In this document: positions 1-13,629 of the stretch, piece after piece
Layout of the letters: every line of letters starts with the position of its first letter
Position numbering within the stretch: position 1 is the stretch's first letter
Assembly: GCA_030324005.1 (NCBI GenBank)
Contig: JARDVH010000140.1
Coordinates: 34,765,178-34,825,484 of the forward strand
Source of the DNA: Negaprion brevirostris
Taxonomy: Eukaryota
Direction of reading: 5' to 3'
Length of the DNA: 60,307 bases
The notes under the pieces: generated by a model
Database searches by the model: none
What the model was told of the DNA's origin: nothing
What the model saw: the letters and a program-made list of their open reading frames with translations, nothing else
Translations under genes and position numbers: made by a program

Positions 1-545
1 ATGTTCTTATGTTTATGTTCTGTGTGAAAAACTTGCCCCTTACATCTTTTCTTAGCTTTCCCTCTCTCATTTTTAAACTCAGCCCCTAAGTAATTGACCT
101 TTAACCCTGGGAAAAAGACTCTGGCCATCCACTCTATTCAAGCATGTCATAATCTTATAGACCTGTATCAGGTCTCCCCACATCCTCTGATGCTGCAATG
201 AAAACAATTCAAGTTTGTTTAATCTTTCTTCATAGCTTACATCCTCCAAACCAGGCAACATCCTGGTAAATCTCTTATGCACTCTTTCCAAATCATCAAT
301 ATCCTTCAGGAAATGTGGCAATCAGAATTGTACACAATACTCCGAATGTGGCCAAACCAAAGTTTTGTACAGCTGCAACATGATTTTCCAATTCCTATAC
401 TCGAAGCCCTGACCACCTGAGTTGCCACATTTGGTGAACTGTGGATCTGCACGCTTAGATCCATCTGTATGCTAATATTTCCAAGGGCTCTACCATTTAC
501 TGCATTCTTTCCTTCTACAGACCTCCCAAATCACATCACTTCTCA
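1..545 (-). mobile_element. CR1-type LINE 3' fragment
   Basis: Translation LERVHKRFTRMLPGLEDVSYEERLNKLELFSL...GDLIQVYKIM is the typical CR1 ORF2 C-terminus. Confidence 0.85.
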
Positions 546-549
546 ACTA

Positions 550-843
550 TAAATCCAGAAAGTCAGCTAACTGTTCGAATCCCATCACGGCAGATGTTAA
601 AATTTAAATTGGGATTAAAAGTCTACTGATGACTATGAAAGCATTGCTGGTTGTCAGAAAAATCCATCTGGTTCACTAATGTCCTTTAGGGAAGGCGATC
701 TGCTGTCCTTACCTGGTCTGGCCTACATGTGACCCCAGAGACACAGCAATGTGGTTAACTCTCAACTGCCCTCCAAGTGCAACTAGGTTTGGCAATAAAT
801 GCTGATGAATCAGTGACGCCCATGTCCCATGAATGAATAAAAA
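550..843 (+). mobile_element. SINE-like repeat (family B; related copies at 13630-13990 and 58085-58360)
   Basis: Shares catctggttcactaatgtcctttagggaagg...ttacctggtctggcctacatgtgac...gggcaataaatgctg...gaatgaataaaaa with the 13.6 kb copy. Confidence 0.7.
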
Positions 844-1259
844 GAGGTGGAAGATTGTTGAGTAGGTTGTGATTGGCCTGGGACTCCTGGACTAGCCAAG
901 AGAATAACCCATCAGGGTTTGTACTCTTAGTGGTTGTGACAACCCAATAAGGCAATCAATCACTACTCATGGGTTAAAGCTTGGAGAATGAAACTGCAGT
1001 CCAAGTGTCAGTGCCTTCAAGAGGGGGAGGATGAAATATGAATAGAAAGAATTGAGCCTATGAGTTCAGCAATGTAATTATGAAACAGAGTACAGCTCAC
1101 TCCTCATCTACTCTCAGTATAAAGAATCCAGCCTTCTTTGCTTCAATATTGTGGTGTTCCAGTCTGTAGCATGTGTCATGGACTGTGCCAAGTCTTGTTT
1201 AAAGGAGAATGTACAGCGCAGGATTCCATTCTCTATATCAGAGGGAGATAATGTTGTCA

Positions 1260-3680
1260 TTGGACTAGAGATATGGGCTAATTCTCTGAGGCAGATGGGT
1301 TCATATCCCATCACGGCAGCTGGTGAAGTTTCAATTCAGTTAATAAATCTAGGTCAGCATGTTAAACGCCACCCCACTTGCCCTCGTGGGTTCTGGGACT
1401 GAGGGGAGAACGTGAAATTGCATGGACAGGACTCTCTCTAGAATCCCGCATGCCCGACCTCACAGTGATTTGAATAAAACTGGACAGGTCACCTGGTATC
1501 AGTCTTGGCACTGGACTCGACAATGGCAAACACAGCCCTGTCAACCCTGCAATGTCCTCCATACAAACAACTGGGGGCTTGTGCCAAAATTGGGAGAGCT
1601 GCCTCACTGATTAAGTATGTGACAGTCTGATATAGTTACACTCACGGACAATGTCCCAGACAGCACCATTTTCACTGATAGATCCGACCCAACAGAGGAG
1701 GTAGCACAGTGGTATATAGTTGGGAGGGAGTTCTCAATATTGACTCTGGATGCCATCAGGTCAAACATAGGCAAGGAATACTACTTATCCTTATTGAACA
1801 CTATTTGGAGAAAGAACCAAAGGTTACTGGGTAGCAGAATGTACCCTGCATGAGGGACTGCAGAGTCCATCACCAAGAGTGACTTGGTAGCACCAACATA
1901 GATTAGGTCCTAAAGGACTTTGCTGATTCTCTGACCACTTGCCAGAGTCTCAGCCTGACAGCTAAGGTAAAACATACTTGACCTCATCCTCACCAACATG
2001 TCCATGACAGTATCGGTAGGAGTGACCACTGCACAGTCCTTGTGGAGACAAAGTCCTGTGTTCACATTGAGGATACCCTCCATCGTATGGCACCATCACC
2101 ATGTTAAATGGGATAGACTTTGAACAGATCAAACTGGGCATCCATGAGGTGCTGTGGGCTATCAGCAGCAGCTGAATTGACCACAACCTACAACCTCATG
2201 GCCTGGCATGTCCACACTCTCCATTACCACCAAGACAGGGGATCAACCCTGGTTTAATGAAGAGTGCGGGACAGCATGCATGGAGCAACACCTGGCTTCC
2301 CAAAAAAGAGGTGTCAGTCTGGTGAAGCTACAACACAGGACTACGTGCAAGCCAAATAGCAAAAACAGCAAGTGGCAGATTGGGTTAAGTGACCCCACAG
2401 CCAATAGATCAGATCTAAGCTCTGCAGTCCTGCCACATCCAGTCATGAATGTCACCGGCCATGCTAAACTGACCCTAGTGTCAGGAGGATTAGCAGGGTG
2501 AATACGTGGGGTTATGGGAACAGGGTCTGGGTGGGATTGTGGTCGGTACCGACTTGATGGGCTGAATGGCCTCTATCTGTACTGTAGGTATTCTATTCTG
2601 TTCTATTATAATAGTGGTGGACAATTTCACTGGAAGAGGAGGCTCCACAAGTACCCCCACCCTCAATGATAGAGGAGCCCAGCGCATCAGTGCAAAAGAT
2701 AAGGCACTCACTACAATCTTCAGCCAGAAGTACCAATTGGATGATTCATCTCAGCCTCCTCTGGAGGTGTCCAGCGTCATAGATGTCAGTCTTCAGCCAG
2801 TTCACTCCACATTGACCAAGAAATGGCTGAAGGCACTGAACACTGCAAAGGGAATGGAGCCTGACAATGTTCAGGCAATAGTACTAAAGACTTGTTCTCC
2901 AGGCACTCCTAGCCAAGCTGTTCCAGTACAACTACAGTAATGAAGTCTACTCAACAATGTAAATAAAACCTGCCCATGAATGCCCTCTCCATAAAAAGCA
3001 GAACAAATCCAACTCAGCCAATTACCACACCATTACTCTACTCTCGACCATCAGTAAAGTGGTGGAAGTGGTCATCAACAGAATAACCTGCTCAGGGATG
3101 CTCAGCTTAACTCCTGCCAGGGCCATTCAGTCCCTGACCTCATTACAGCCTTAGTCCATACATAGACAAATGAGCTGAATTCATGCGATGAGGTGAGAGT
3201 GACAGCCCTTGACATCAAGGAAGCATTTGCTTGAGTATGACATCAGGGAGCCATAATCAAATCGAAATTAATAAGGAAAGTCTTCCGCTGGCTGGGTCAT
3301 ACCTAACACAAAGACCAGGACATCACTGCAGGAGTTCCTCAGAGCAGTGTCCTTACTTCAACCATCTTCAGCTGTTTCATCTTCTTTCAAGCATAGGCTC
3401 AGAAATGGGAGTGTTCATTGATGGTTAGGCAATGTTGTAGCTTTACTTGCAGAAGGTTGTCCATGCTCACATGCAGCATATCTGTACAACATTGCAGCTT
3501 GGACTGGTAATTGGCAAGCAATGTTTGTGACAGTCAATTTCTATGTGGTGACCCTCTCCAACGAAAGAGTTGAACCACCTAACCACAATGTGCAAGGGCA
3601 TCACCATTGTTGATTCACCCACCATCAATATCTTTGGGCTTCACATTTACTACATACTTAACTGGACCAACTAACTACAG
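1260..3680 (+). mobile_element. Degenerate CR1-group LINE with APE endonuclease and RT, interrupted by a SINE fragment at ~2455-2605
   Basis: Remnant motifs TNNWGLVPKLGEL (EN start), ITTKTGDQPWFNEEC, KAKGMEPDNV-like, ALDIKEAF..V*HQG and GVPQSSVL (RT). Many stops and frameshifts. Confidence 0.8.
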
Positions 3681-4409
3681 CGTGCCGCGGGAATGCAGTG
3701 GGCGAGGCATGAACCACGCAAATGTCCATTGACCTCGGGCAGGATTTTCTGGTCTAGGGGCGAATGTGGCTGGGTTCATGTCGCACTATCTGTAACCCCC
3801 GTGACTTGCCTGGGTTTGCAAAACCTNNNNNNNNNNNNNNNNNNNNNNNNNNNNNNNNNNNNNNNNNNNNNNNNNNNNNNNNNNNNNNNNNNNNNNNNNN
3901 NNNNNNNNNNNNNNNNNNNNNNNNNNNNNNNNNNNNNNNNNNNNNNNNNNNNNNNNNNNNNNNNNNNNNNNNNNNNNNNNNNNNNNNNNNNNNNNNNNNN
4001 NNNNNNNNNNNNNNNNNNNNNNNNNNNNNNNNNNNNNNNNNNNNNNNNNNNNNNNNNNNNNNNNNNNNNNNNNNNNNNNNNNNNNNNNNNNNNNNNNNNN
4101 NNNNNNNNNNNNNNNNNNNNNNNNNNNNNNNNNNNNNNNNNNNNNNNNNNNNNNNNNNNNNNNNNNNNNNNNNNNNNNNNNNNNNNNNNNNNNNNNNNNN
4201 NNNNNNNNNNNNNNNNNNNNNNNNNNNNNNNNNNNNNNNNNNNNNNNNNNNNNNNNNNNNNNNNNNNNNNNNNNNNNNNNNNNNNNNNNNNNNNNNNNNN
4301 NNNNNNNNNNNNNNNNNNNNNNNNNNNNNNNNNNNATTGAATGGCAGGGCAGGCTCGAGGGGCTAGATGGCCTACTCCTGCTCCTATTTCTTATGTTCTT
4401 ATGTTCTTA

Positions 4410-5058
4410 TGATGTTCAGGTCAGAAACTACAAAATGTTTTATGAATGCCTGAACCACAAGTTTTGCACCTTGAATTTGGCTAGGATAAGGATGAGATGT
4501 TTCACTTCAAGTATAATTCAAGTGAGTCACTAGGGAGCTATTATCAAACAAAGTTTATTTAAGAGTATAGTTAACATGTATAGTAAGAAAATTAGCAACA
4601 ACATTTATCAATTACAAACAAGAAATAAATTCCAATTAACAAAACCCTTTAAACAGATTTATCACTGCACAGGCTAAAGCTCACACATTACCAGAATTCA
4701 GTTCCCTGGATTGAATGCTAATTTCAATTGATCTTGAAACGTCAGAGAAGCTTGTGGTCTTCAGCTCCCCAAAACACCAAAACACAGACTTTTTACTGCA
4801 GGATGGTAAACTAGATGTGCTTTCAGCTAAATAATAAAACTTTCACAATAAAAACTGAGAAAGAGATTTTTTTCAGCTATGCTTCTAATACAGCAGTCAA
4901 AATGAAACTAAAAACTAACCCTGTCACCTGAGCTGCACACATTTTTATTTTCCCTCTTAATAATGACATCAGCTAAGGCCGTGAGCTGAGACACTGACCG
5001 TGAGAACTGCAGAGATCATGACTTTTAAAAAATCTTTTAAAAGGTCACTAATGTCACA
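4410..5058 (-). mobile_element. Probable solo LTR
   Basis: ~650 bp block beginning TGTGACA and ending ...AACATCA on the minus strand, with internal AATAAA and no ORF. A CR1 tail (ttatgttc repeats) abuts it. Confidence 0.4.
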
Positions 5059-5062
5059 ATAG

Positions 5063-5262
5063 GTGTCGGTGGTGATGGACATATGTGTGTTGGTGATGGG
5101 TATATGTGTGGTGGAGATGGATATATGTGTTACCGTGGTGATGAGTATGTGCCTGGTGGAGATGAATATATTTGTGTTGGTGATGGGTATATATGTTACG
5201 GTGGTGATGGGTATGTGCATGGTAGTTGTGTGTTGGTGATAGGTGTACAGGTCTTGGTGGTG
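5063..5262. repeat. Minisatellite of ggtgatgggtatatgtgt-like units
   Basis: Visible degenerate 21-24 bp tandem units. Confidence 0.8.
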
Positions 5263-6595
5263 TGATGCGCTATTTTAGAGACACGTTCTTCTCAATAAAA
5301 CACACTGACTGGAAGTTGGAAGAGATTGTTTGTTGGCTATTTGTGAAATTACAGCCTGTACCCTAACTGGAAATATTCCCAGGCTGCTGCCTGCATTCTG
5401 CTTATTTTCATGGAGATTTTTGCCGTCACAGAAAGCATCATTTGAAGAATTTAATTCCTCTCAGATGCGAAACTGTCAAGTTCAATAGCACCTCAGCAAA
5501 GAAATAAAATAAATGAAAGCATGACTGACATTTTTTTATTTTATTCACTGTGAGCACTCATTGCAAGTGGAAACATGTCCTGTTGTACCATTCTATTACT
5601 CAAATTACACATCAGATTCCATCTTTTAGTCTTCAACATATAAACACACAGAACTTTATCTCTGGGGCTGCAATAAGATTATAAAGCATCGGAGCTCGAT
5701 GGGTCCAACAGAACTGCCTTTAGCAGCAAGGTCATGTTACAGTGCATCAAACAGTGTTACAGAAAGGCTGGTACAATCCTGGGCAGGCCACAAAATCAAG
5801 TGGGAGGCCTAAGGCCTAGTACACACTTGGTGGCAGCAAGTAAATTATCTTGGGTGCTACCAACACTCACATGCCATGCTTGACCACTTGTTGACAGGAA
5901 AGGGTTAATAACCTTTGAACTGGGCAATCTGATGCAAATATCTGTCACCATTAATGTATGAACAGTGACAGTTCCATTTCATTCCAAGTCATGGAAATGA
6001 AATAAAATTCTGAGTTCTTACTTCCTTTTTGTGGAGGATTCTTTTTGCAATGTCGGAACTGTGACAGGCTGTGGCCACTAAACCCAGGCCTTCAAGACCA
6101 TTAGAGGAAGATGCTCCATAAAAAGGAAACCTTGCTGAAAATTGAGATGTAGGAGGGCAGATTGTCATCTTGGGATTTTTTCATGAAATTCTCCTCTTCC
6201 TTCTCATCAATATAGTGCACATTACTTGCTAAAAAAGAGGGCATCAGGAACACATTCACTCAGGGTGACCGTAGAACTCATCTGCTCAAAAACATTTTCA
6301 AACCTCTTGCCCTCCTCTCAGTGAACCTGAATAGAATAAAGCAGGTCCCAGTTCATGCAGCCACTTAACAACATGTAGCATTGCTCATTCTCTCCTCTGC
6401 TAACATCATTCCACAAGAATCAAGTTCAGGGTAGCATGACAGAAAGAAGGGCAAAGTGCAAAACAATAAGCAGCAGCTGGGGATGTCATTTGAGGAGGAG
6501 CTGGGAAAGTGACTAGATTGTCAGAATGCAATTCCCCAAACAAATCGAAGGGCAGGATGCCACAAAATATGATTAAAAATACGAGGAGATTTGTT

Positions 6596-6800
6596 TTATA
6601 GTGAGGGGTGTGTTATAGTTAGAGCTGCATTATAGGGAGGGTTGTGGGTTATAGGGAAGGGTGTGCCTTATAGGGAGGCATGTGCATTTTAGGAGGAAGG
6701 GTGTGTTATACGGAGGGGTGTGTTATCGGGAGAGAGGTGTTATAGTAAGGAGTGTGGTATAGGGAGGGTTGTGCATTATAGCGGAGGGGCGTGTTATAGT
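6596..6800. repeat. Minisatellite of gtgttatagggaggg-like units running into a gap
   Basis: About 10 visible degenerate units. Confidence 0.8.
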
Positions 6801-8794
6801 NNNNNNNNNNNNNNNNNNNNNNNNNNNNNNNNNNNNNNNNNNNNNNNNNNNNNNNNNNNNNNNNNNNNNNNNNNNNNNNNNNNNNNNNNNNNNNNNNNNN
6901 NNNNNNNNNNNNNNNNNNNNNNNNNNNNNNNNNNNNNNNNNNNNNNNNNNNNNNNNNNNNNNNNNNNNNNNNNNNNNNNNNNNNNNNNNNNNNNNNNNNN
7001 NNNNNNNNNNNNNNNNNNNNNNNNNNNNNNNNNNNNNNNNNNNNNNNNNNNNNNNNNNNNNNNNNNNNNNNNNNNNNNNNNNNNNNNNNNNNNNNNNNNN
7101 NNNNNNNNNNNNNNNNNNNNNNNNNNNNNNNNNNNNNNNNNNNNNNNNNNNNNNNNNNNNNNNNNNNNNNNNNNNNNNNNNNNNNNNNNNNNNNNNNNNN
7201 NNNNNNNNNNNNNNNNNNNNNNNNNNNNNNNNNNNNNNNNNNNNNNNNNNNNNNNNNNNNNNNNGTGAGGAGTACACTGCATTGCTGGCATCATTCAGTT
7301 CTGATGCCTTGCCTCCTTTCCAGTGATGCCTGTACAAATCTACAGCCAGCTAAAGAAACAGCATCGACAGTGCCCAATTCTGCTCACCACATCAGAAAAA
7401 AGGTATGACAAGAAGTTTCTAAAGATGGGGCTAGAACTGAGAGGATGTAAATTCCAAGGAAGATTGAATAAACTGGGGCTTACTTCTTTAGAAATGAGAA
7501 AGTTGAGTGTTGACCTGATAGAGTTACTTAGGACCATGAGGAGGTTGGATTGGATAACATAGAAAAGATGCTGGCAGAGAGAACATTACTCAGGGCCATG
7601 AATAAAAGATAGCCACTAATAATAAATCAGTAAAGAGTAAAGTCATTGGCCAGAATTCCGTTCCACACCTCGAGGAGGTTATGCTGATTTGAAGGTAAGT
7701 TTTGCAATGAAGGAGCCATCTGGATAAAGAAAAGTGTCAATATTGGTCCGATTCCACTATTACTCTGCCCTCCTCTTTCAAAGGAATGTATTGTACTTAG
7801 ATGAACAAAGAATTGCCACTGGATTCCTCTCCCTTGACTCGGGTAGAGAGCGGGAGGAATCCCAGTTAAAAGGAGTAAGCCCCCTTCATGGAGTGGCTGC
7901 AGGTGAGGAGCTGGAGACCCCATTGGAGATTTCACCACCTAAGCATCCTTGAGGAGGAGGCTTTCAGCTGATTGGAGGTCAAACAAGCGAGGCTGTGGGA
8001 AGAAAGTGGCCAAGTGGCTGATGAAGTGTCCAAAATAGGCTGTTAAAGGGAAGGCAAGAGAGAACAATGTCACAACTGTGTGTGCAAAGTCGAAGGATTT
8101 CGGTAGGGACTGACGCAGCTACTGTTTCTCAATGAGACTCGGGAAGGTAATTTCCATTGTTGGCTGATCTTTTAGATCTTTTAGCAGCTTGAGATGCATG
8201 GAGGGTAATCTTTTCAGCCAGATTACTGTGCAAATGCCGAAGGTAAAGATTGCTCCCCATGACTCTTTACAAATCTTATGAAGCTGTTGCGTGTTGCCCC
8301 TCCTCGGTGTGGAACAGAACAAGTTGTCAGAGGAGCACTCAGGCACTATGGGCAGCACAGGTCTTGGTAACTTGTTGCAGCACAAGCCCAGGGGGTGTAA
8401 TCACTTAGGAAGAAATGGTGAGTGAGAGATGAACTCTTTAATTGAAGCAAACTTGGAACTAGTGGCTGTCAAGAGCTGGGAATGAAAGAGGCAGAGTGAG
8501 CTGCTCACCTATGGAGACTGAGAAATCCCAGGCTGATCCACTTCCTCTTCCTCATGAGCTAGCCTCCTGAAGTATGAACACCCACCCTTATCCTCTTCAG
8601 CTTCAAATTCAATTCAGAAAGTACATGCCATTAAACTGCACTGTAGAGCTGCTTAGAGGACCTCTAAAACAAGATTGCTTTTCTCTGAAGAGCTGTGCAG
8701 ACTTGAAACGTTCTCTCGACACTGTCTCCCCTCAGATGCTGCCAGATCTGTTGAGTTATTCCAGCATTCTCTGTTTTTGCTTTTATAATCTCAT

Positions 8795-9362
8795 TTCATA
8801 TAATCATAGGATCCTTACAGTACAGAAGGAAGCCATTTGGCCTATCGAATCTGTACTGACCACAATCCCACACAGCCCCATTCCCATAATCCTGCATATT
8901 TACCCCGCATATTGCTGCTTCACAGCACCAGATACCTGGGTTCAATTCCAGCTTTGGATGACTCTGCACTTTCTCCCCGTGTCTGTGTGGGTTTCCTCCG
9001 GGTGCTCCGGTTTCCTCCCACAGTCCAAAGATGTGCGGGTTAGGTTGNNNNNNNNNNNNNNNNNNNNNNNNNNNNNNNNNNNNNNNNNNNNNNNNNNNNN
9101 NNNNNNNNNNNNNNNNNNNNNNNNNNNNNNNNNNNNNNNNNNNNNNNGTGTCTGTGTGGGTTTCCTCCGGGTGCTCCGGTTTCCTCCCACAGTCCAAAGA
9201 TGTGCGGGTTAGGTTGATTGGCCACGCTAAGTTGCCTTTAGCGTCAAGGGGATTAGCAGGGTAAATATATGGAGTTACAGGGAATAGCGCCTGAGTGGAA
9301 TTGCTGTCAGTGCAGGCTCGATGAACAGAATGGCCTCCTTCTTCACAGTAGGGATTCTATGA
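8795..9362. mobile_element. HE1-type (V-SINE) SINE on + preceded by an inverted SINE tail
   Basis: Core gtgtctgtgtgggtttcctccgggtgctccggtttcctcccacagtccaaagatgtgcgggttagg and tail gggattctatgat. 8795-8905 is the reverse-complement tail. Confidence 0.85.
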
Positions 9363-9887
9363 TAGAAGCAGTAGATGTTAAAGCTCAGGATAAAGTGACT
9401 AACATTGTTTGCCAACTGTACTTTAATTAACTGAAGCTTTCCCTATAATGACATTGAGAACCTTGTGGATGGAAATTTCAAGGCCGTATGTGTTCTGCTA
9501 ATTGCTTCCTGCAGCAGTGGGAAGTCTTTCTGTCTATAATCGAGACCTGTTTTCTCTCCTTGTTTTGCCAGTTCATTTAATTCCACCTGAGGGGCAGACA
9601 GGCCTTTGCTTTAGTTGCTCATACAGAAGGTGGCTCCTCCAGGAGCACAGCCCTCCCTCAGTGCTGTACTGGAGTGACAACCTTTGTACTCAAGTCCTGG
9701 AGTAGAACTTCAACCCACAGCCTGACTCAAAGACAAGAGTGCTACTAACTGGGTCACTGCTGGCCTTGGAACCACAAGGGCATTGTGGCAGGATCTACTC
9801 CTGTTTGTATCTGATAATACACAGACATGTTCCAATTGAGGCTGTTACTGGGTGGCAATTAGAAGTGAAATCTTAGATTTTTAAAAA

Positions 9888-10385
9888 TATAAAACAGAAA
9901 ATGCTGGAAGAACTCAGCAGGTCTGGCGGCATCTGTAGAGAGAAAAACAGAATTAAAGTTTCAAGTCTATGATTCTTCATCAGAACTGATGTGAGCTAGA
10001 AATGTGATATGGTTTTCAGGCTGTTGAGAAAATGGTGAGATGGAAGTAAAGGGAAGGTTAGGGTTAGGTTAGAGGATAGGAAGATTAAATTGTGACTTCC
10101 TTCAATTTGGTCGACTGCATTCACTGTTCACAGTGTGGTCTCCTCTACATCGAAGAGACTGAACGTAGGCTGGGTGACTGTTTTGTGGAACAACTTCACT
10201 CAGTCTTCAAGCACGACCCCAGCCTTCTGCTTGCTTGCTATTTGAATTCACTATCTTGCTCAAGCACTCACATTTCTGTCCTCAGCTTGCTTGAAACCCG
10301 GTGCAACTGGAGAAACAGCACCTTACTTTTCGATTAGGCACTTTGCTATTCAACACTGAGTTCAACAATAGCAGAACACGAACTC
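9888..10385. mobile_element. Penelope-like element remnant (GIY-YIG endonuclease on +, inverted terminal repeat on -)
   Basis: 10092-10337 TSFNLVDCIHCSQCGLLYIEETERRLGDCFVEQLHSV matches the Penelope GIY-YIG pattern (VY.I.C..CGLLYIGET.R.L..RF.EH). 9888-9990 carries a CTGATGA...GAAAC motif on the minus strand. Confidence 0.85.
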
Positions 10386-10766
10386 AGTGCTCCATTCTGA
10401 ATCTGTCACCCCACAGGTACCAGTTTTTGCTTTCAGACAGCATTGGCCCCTTTTTCTGTTATTAACACATCCTGTTATTTTGTTTTCAGAAAGCCCTGAC
10501 ATTTAGTCTGCTGTTAACACCTACTGTCCACCAAAGCTTTAATTTTCAACACCATCATTACCCATCCCTTCGTCTTATGCCCTATGGAATCCACATTCTG
10601 AATTCTACCCAAATCCCTTTGCCTCTCCAAGGCACTATACAAATGCAGTTTGTTGTTTTTGCCTGACTGTGTGGTGCATAACTTCTCAGCTTGATCCTAT
10701 CCTGTCCCCTCACACATGAGATCTTTCAGTCAGCGATCACCAAGAATTTGGTTGATTTTTTTTCAG

Positions 10767-11098
10767 GACAGCACAGTGGCACAGTGATTAGCACTGCTGC
10801 TTCACAGCACCAGGGGCCAGGGCTCGATTCCCGACTCGGTCACTAACTGTGTGGAATTTGCACTTTTTCCCTGTGTCTGCATGGGATTCCTCCATGTGCT
10901 CCAGTTTCCTCCCATAGTCCAAAGATGTGNNNNNNNNNNNNNNNNNNNNNNNNNNNNNNNNNNNNNNNNNNNNNNNNNNNNNNNNNNNNCTAGGGTAAAT
11001 CCATGGAGTTATGGGGATGGGGCCTGGGTGGGATTGTGGTCAGTGCAGACTTGATGGTCAGAATGGCCTCCTTTTGCACTGCAGGATTCTATGATTCT
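10767..11098 (+). mobile_element. HE1-type SINE
   Basis: tRNA-like head gtggcacagtgattagcactgctgc...ggctcgattcc, conserved core, gattctat tail. Confidence 0.85.
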
Positions 11099-11699
11099 AG
11101 GCTGCATGAGGATTGAGGAGAATTCGAGCTCCCCAGGTGCCATCAGGCTGAGTTTAGTTAATTTAACCAATCTGGGAATTAAAGCTGGGACTTTAATTGA
11201 GTGAAGCTCACTCCTGAGAGAGGTACACACCAAGTTATCCCCTGACACAATCAGAAGTGGTTTAAAAAATGTCTGTAATGGGTTTTTTTTTAAAAGTGAG
11301 ATTAGAAGTCTCCTCTGTTCTCTTTGACGGAGAGGCAAAGTGAAACCATATTGTATTTCATCTCTCCTGCCCTCTAACCTGTCTCTGACCTATTTTGTTC
11401 CACCTGCCTCTCCTTAGATTTCTACCTCTCTTCAGTTCAGAAGAGTCATATGGACTTGAAACATTAATTCTGTTCTCTCCAGACCCGCTGAGTTTGTCCA
11501 GCATTTTCTGCTTTCGTCTCAGATTTCCAACACCTGCAGTATTTTTTTTAGTTTTAAAAAAATTCTTCCATGGAACATGAGTATCTTGAGCTAAACCAGC
11601 ATTTGCTGTTCATCCTTAATTTCCGTGAGAAAGTGATGGGAAGCTGCCTTCTTGAACTGCTGCAGCTCACATATGCAAAGGTGGGCTGTCTTCTCTTTA

Positions 11700-12153
11700 T
11701 GTGGAGATTCCGGCATTGGACTGTGGTAAATACAGTAAAAACTCTCACAACACCAGGTTAAAGTTCAAGATTTATTTGGTAGCAAAAGCCACTAGCTTTC
11801 AGAGCGCTGCTCCTTTGTCAGGTGAGTGGGAGATCTTTTCACAAACAGGGCATATAAAGACACAAACTCAATTTACAGAATAATGATTGGAATGCGAGTC
11901 TTTACAGCTGATTAAGTCTTAAAGGTACAATGTGACTGGAGAGAGCATTAGGCACAGGTTAAAGAGATGTGTATCATCTCCAGACAGAACAATTAGTGAG
12001 ATTTTGCAAGTCCAGGCAAGTTGTGGGGATTACAGATAATGCAACATGAACCCAAGATCCCAGTTGACGTCATCCTCATGTGTGCGGAACTTGGCTATCA
12101 GTCTCCGCTGCTCTGTCGTATGCTGTGAATGCCGCCTTGGAGAATGTCTTGGG
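11700..12153 (-). mobile_element. Penelope-like element 3' end
   Basis: EQRRLIAKFRTHEDDVNWDLGFMLHYL* (GIY-YIG C-terminus), then a terminal repeat with a decayed hammerhead motif and aacctggtgttgtgag hairpin arm. Confidence 0.8.
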
Positions 12154-12679
12154 NNNNNNNNNNNNNNNNNNNNNNNNNNNNNNNNNNNNNNNNNNNNNNN
12201 NNNNNNNNNNNNNNNNNNNNNNNNNNNNNNNNNNNNNNNNNNNNNNNNNNNNNACCTGCTTTCATATGGAGTGCTGGAGGCAAATAACATAGATTAAGGG
12301 TGCTTAAGAGAAAACTTAGTGACTAAAGGAAATAGATGGATATGCTATCAGTTAAATGAAGTAGAATGGGAGAAGGCAGGTGTGGAGCACACAGCATAGA
12401 CCAGTTCAGCCAAATTACCTGTTTCTGTGCTGTGAGGTCTATGCAATTTGACGTTATGTCAAGGGAAAATAAGAATGGTCATCAAATGCCAACCTAGGCA
12501 GCAGCGCACACATCCTGTGGTTGACTATCATCAGCCGTGAAAGTATTACTGAGCCCTGACTTAATGAAGATGGGCTTGCATGGCCACACTCTTCACACCT
12601 TGTCTGAAGACTGAAGGATGGACCTCTGGCTTTAATCTTCACTAACAACGATGGGAACATGTAGTTTTATATTTAACCT

Positions 12680-13610
12680 ATTATTAAATCCACCACTCAA
12701 CAAGCTTTGACCAATACATTGAATGCATTGATTTTTGTGGTGCAGTTATGAACATTGGTAAAAGCAAATCAAAGAGATATAACACCATGGATGAACTCAT
12801 TAGCAGCGCCCTTTGATCACAGACACTTGACATGGTGCCCCCGAGGAGACCAGCTACTCTGTCTGTAATTGAGAAGCATTGTGACCAACTCTTTGTGCAG
12901 ATAGCCATTGGGAACCTACCTGAGACTGTGGAATTTCTGCAGGGGCAGCTTGGGTCACTGGAACACATACTACAGTGGAGGGGTCTGGCAGAGGGGCTCG
13001 CGAAGCCACGGAAGATGAGGGCACAGAACTGCTCATCGCATCTTCATCCTTGTCTGCAACCTCCACAGACCTTGGGTTGGCTTTCTAGAGACTTGGATGG
13101 GATGGCCTGCTGAGTGCAGCGGCAATCCATTCTAGCATTTGTTGTGCCACCAGCGAGAATGTCATGTGATAGGTACACAGTTCCTCATGGAGCTCGGTAC
13201 TTGGATTCTGAACTGACTGCTCCAGCCTGCTGAGTGAATTCTGTTCGCTTGGCAGGATCTTATGCATCCACTTGGAATGATGCTCCACATGACTCTCTAT
13301 GAGACTGACCAATCTCTCATGGTTGCATCTCACACGGTTGAGGCTCTGTGACAATGTTGAGTTCATCCTCACAATGACTCCTCCACTTGTCGTGCACGAA
13401 GACACACAATGTCTCAGGGAACTATGCCAGGTGTCTGCACACCTGCTACTGACCCAAGTACCGTACCCTATAAGTGATTCCTGAGGGTCAACCTCAATGT
13501 AAACTTGAGTATCATCATTACTACCCTCCCTTCTACAAGGAGGGGACTGTGTACAGATGTTTCTGACTGTCATCTCCTCCTGCATTCTGGTGTGGTACCC
13601 TTTCCTCACG
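12680..13610 (-). mobile_element. Possible decayed Harbinger-type accessory ORF remnant
   Basis: Broken ORFs with a Ser/Thr/Pro-rich and helical segment (RMNSTLSQSLNRVRCNHERLVSLIESH) resembling my recollection of vertebrate Harbinger Myb-protein C-termini. Confidence 0.3.
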
Positions 13611-13629
13611 TTTACCCAACTCTAAATGG

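Noticed and set aside
3693..7337. Long ORFs crossing N runs (also 50144-50503 and 55539-56782)
   Set aside because: Their length is an artefact of undefined bases.
5850..8570. HARBI1-like transposase remnants at ~6.1 kb and ~8.1 kb (minus)
   Set aside because: Only faint resemblance over a few residues; not supportable without a profile search.
8980..9216. Exact duplication of the SINE core on both sides of a 100-N gap
   Set aside because: Most likely unmerged overlapping contig ends (assembly artefact).
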